Under the pieces are notes generated by a model. It made no database searches. It saw nothing but the letters and a program-made list of their open reading frames with translations, and was not told the origin of the DNA. From positions 186,001 to 250,000 of IMG/VR virus record IMGVR_UViG_3300037297_000066: a stretch of DNA of 64,000 nucleotides; one strand, 5' to 3'. Within the stretch, counting starts at the first letter, position 1. The number at the start of each line of letters is the position of its first letter. Position numbers and translations under genes: made by a program. Shown in pieces: positions 62,311 to 64,000 of the stretch.

Positions 62311-62724
62311 GTGGCTCTAGGCAAGTACGGTACTCACGGGATTCAGTGTGTTTGTGGAGCGGTAGAACAACTAGCAACACTCGGCAAACACCGGTACGAC
62401 AGACAGCCCCAACAATACCTTCCCAAAGGCTGGTCTCGATGGGGCTGGAAGTACTTTCTCTGTGACAAGTGTTCCGAAAACAAGGACCTCCTGGAAGAAC
62501 TGCATCACTCCTACGTATCCCTCAGTATCAAATCAAACTCAGGGTCCTGGTGTGTAGATCTGGTCGAAGGCGGAGTGAACCTCTGCAAAGAGGAGACCGT
62601 TGTGCTTCGAGTGGAGCCTCGGGAGCCTGTGGTTTACCTTCTGGGGGAACCTTTCGACGGAGGCGTGGAGGAAGCTTTAGCGTCTTCCTTGGCCAAGAGC
62701 TGGTTGGCTGAGAACGGAGGCTGA
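62311..62724 (+). CDS. Zn-binding hypothetical protein
   Basis: CVCG..CDKC; class-B start. Confidence 0.7.
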   Translation: MALGKYGTHGIQCVCGAVEQLATLGKHRYDRQPQQYLPKGWSRWGWKYFLCDKCSENKDLLEELHHSYVSLSIKSNSGSWCVDLVEGGVNLCKEETVVLRVEPREPVVYLLGEPFDGGVEEALASSLAKSWLAENGG

Positions 62725-62726
62725 CC

Positions 62727-63767
62727 ATGGGCCCTGAAGAGCTCCGAAAACTCCGGGAGAAAGCAGCCGACTTGCAAGAAGAGATGCTCTCTCATTTACC
62801 TCCAGCTCAGCGAGTGTGCCCTCCCAAACGTGATCTTGTCGAGATGGGGAAGGCTCTTTGGACGCAGAGTTACCGTCATAGTCAGGATGATGGAGAAGCT
62901 TTCGGCCACCTTTTCTGGTGGTTCCGAGAGATGGCTAAACTGAAGCCCGAGATAGTGCCTTTGGCCTCGGCTTTCATTTTCCTGCCTCAAGAGCAGATCC
63001 TGCAGTGGTGGTCAGCTCGATGGGCAGACCAAGGGTTTCCCACCTTTCAGCTCGGTCACAAGTACGCTGCTGCCCTCATGGCCACTATGGTGCGGCCCCA
63101 GGATGTGCAGGACATCAGACCTCCCTTCAAGGCGTTCTTAATCGAGGTACCCAAAGGGTTGTTGAGCGTCTGTCACACTGAACAGGACAAGCAGTACCCC
63201 ATCATCAAAGTTGCCGTGCACTACAATCTCCGGCCAGATGGTGAAGCGTCTTGGAACTACTCAGCCTTGACCGAAGGCCCAGTCACTACTTGGAAGCATG
63301 GGCTTCCCACAAAGGTTTTGGCAGGCGAAGAGTTTGAAGGAGCTATGGAGGACTGGGAAAGCTACTCTTTCGCTTTCGAATGGGGCGATCAGGACGAAAG
63401 GGTCAACGCTCTAATTTCTCGTCTCATTGTGGGCGTTTGCTTGACGGCTTCCTCTCCGGACGAATCCAAGCCCGTAGGCAAGGGCCACCAGAAGTCTGCG
63501 GGCCAGCTTCGAGAGGGCCCGGAGCCTGAGGTACGTACCTACGTGTTGGGGAAGCCTATCAAGCTAGACGTGCGGCAGGCCATCAAGGACTACGTGGCCG
63601 GAGGTATCAGGAAGAGCCCGAGTGTCCAGACGCTCGTGAGAGGGCACTGGAAGAGGCAACCCCACGGACCTCGCTCATCCCTTCGGAAGTGGATATGGAG
63701 AGAGCCTTTCTGGCGAGGACTTGAGAACGCTCCTATCCTGTGTCGCCCCCACCAGATTGGGGAGTGA
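62727..63767 (+). CDS. Conserved phage protein with C-terminal VRGHW motif
   Basis: VRGHWKRQPHGP..RKWIW.EPFWRG. Confidence 0.85.
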   Translation: MGPEELRKLREKAADLQEEMLSHLPPAQRVCPPKRDLVEMGKALWTQSYRHSQDDGEAFGHLFWWFREMAKLKPEIVPLASAFIFLPQEQILQWWSARWADQGFPTFQLGHKYAAALMATMVRPQDVQDIRPPFKAFLIEVPKGLLSVCHTEQDKQYPIIKVAVHYNLRPDGEASWNYSALTEGPVTTWKHGLPTKVLAGEEFEGAMEDWESYSFAFEWGDQDERVNALISRLIVGVCLTASSPDESKPVGKGHQKSAGQLREGPEPEVRTYVLGKPIKLDVRQAIKDYVAGGIRKSPSVQTLVRGHWKRQPHGPRSSLRKWIWREPFWRGLENAPILCRPHQIGE

Positions 63768-63773
63768 TTCCTG

Positions 63774-64000
63774 GTGCTGCACAAGACTAAAAGAGACTCA
63801 CCCTCCCGAACTCTTTGTGGGGTATCCATCGACCATCTTGAGGGAGATGACACGTATACCTGCCTGTCCCTTTCTATGGGAGAGGACACCTGTCCCTTGT
63901 GTCACAGTCTCCAGGGATTTGAGGAAGATCTGGAAACTCTTTCGGACCAACAGGCTACTTGTGAAGAGAGATGCAACATTCTGGAAAGAGAAGTAGGCTT
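63774..64000 (+). CDS. Zn-finger protein, runs off the window
   Basis: MLHKT..TLCG..TCPLC, open to the window end. Confidence 0.55.
   Translation, partial: MLHKTKRDSPSRTLCGVSIDHLEGDDTYTCLSLSMGEDTCPLCHSLQGFEEDLETLSDQQATCEERCNILEREVG

Noticed and set aside
1-64000. Stop-codon recoding (TAG or TGA)
   Set aside because: All three stops end genes at coupled junctions (e.g. ATGA overlaps) and genes tile densely under the standard code.
1-64000. tRNA, tmRNA or rRNA genes
   Set aside because: No cloverleaf with a T-loop GTTCRANYC and acceptor stem was found by eye; a tRNAscan/ARAGORN run would be definitive.

Overview
Gene-dense, GC-rich window that reads as an accessory/early region of a large tailed phage genome. 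It holds about 140 mostly small ORFs and no core replication or structural operon, rRNA, tRNA, CRISPR array or transposase that I could see. Host is uncertain; a sigma54-activator-type Fis HTH and Ala/Ser/Pro-rich lipoproteins hint at a myxobacterium/deltaproteobacterium (inference). Main structure: (1) 1-8.8 kb, a tandem array of 14 divergent paralogues of one unrecognised family. (2) 10.7-16.1 kb, an island of tiny genes, most headed by a 29-bp element GGTTAAGATC-N12-GTGTA(A/G)T that sits exactly 6 nt before the ATG (20 copies in the window); non-coding stretches flank the island. (3) A second leaderless promoter class, GGTGTANNNT-N5-7-start, often in back-to-back pairs. (4) Several repeated non-coding elements with compensatory and G-U base pairing, some with their own promoter and terminator (candidate ncRNAs). 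(5) Recognisable enzymes: AAA_33 kinase, HslV-like Ntn peptidase, nucleoside hydrolase, S24/S26-like peptidase, ATP-grasp, ADP-ribosylglycohydrolase, arginase-fold protein. Many starts in the supplied ORF track were shortened to the start defined by a promoter motif or gene overlap. All family calls are from motif recognition by eye; no database search was run.
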